Below, piece by piece: positions 63,810 to 64,000 of a DNA stretch of 64,000 bases. The position numbers and the translations under genes were made by a program. Numbering within the stretch: position 1 is the stretch's first letter; every line of letters begins with the position of its first letter. Source of the DNA: Camelus ferus. Taxonomy: Eukaryota. Location of the stretch: positions 40,178,001-40,242,000 of the forward strand of contig NC_045696.1 in assembly GCF_009834535.1 (NCBI RefSeq), given 5' to 3'. Below the pieces are notes generated by a model that saw nothing but the letters and a program-made list of their open reading frames with translations, was not told the origin of the DNA and did not search any database.

Positions 63810-63900
63810 TTTTAGTCATCTTTGTATCCTCCAGAGCATGTAGCACAAGGCCATGCACAAAGCAGATGTTTAATAAATATGAATGGATTGATTGATTTCA
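63810..63900 (+). mobile_element. L2 3' end
   Basis: catctttgtatcctccag...tagcacaagg...tttaataaatatgaatggattga. Confidence 0.7.
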
Positions 63901-64000
63901 CAAACATAAATTCCCCTAGTGATGACTATCCAAAAGACAAAGTAGAAACAGACAAATTGAAAATGAATGAAAGTGTTTTTTTTTCATGAATCACATTAAT

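Noticed and set aside
1..64000. Most ORFs in the six-frame track as genes
   Set aside because: They are 60-170 aa, often start at non-ATG codons, show no recognisable domains and often lie inside repeats; this is the expected background in mammalian non-coding DNA

Overview
AT-rich, CpG-depleted mammalian genomic DNA, most likely a camelid (camel, alpaca or llama). The basis is two Vic-1-like tRNA-derived SINEs and a matching young L1 3' end, with no Alu, B1, Bov-tA or PRE-1 copies noticed. Much of the window is interspersed repeat: young and old L1, L2, CR1/L3, MIR, MaLR/ERVL solo LTRs and hAT-Charlie relics. I found no complete protein-coding gene, RNA gene or CRISPR array, and nearly all ORFs in the track are chance or L1-derived. 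The window reads as the intronic or 5' region of a long gene, probably on the minus strand, which I could not identify. The best non-repeat signal is a set of minus-strand candidate exons. Three ATG-bearing 5' exons (43498-43568, 37758-37786, 33237-33600) all end in phase 2 at near-consensus donors. A 74-nt internal exon (11729-11802) and an 18-nt microexon (4986-5003) would keep the frame open downstream. This suggests, but does not prove, an alternative N-terminus array. Repeat family names are recalled from consensus sequences, repeat boundaries are approximate, and no searches were run.
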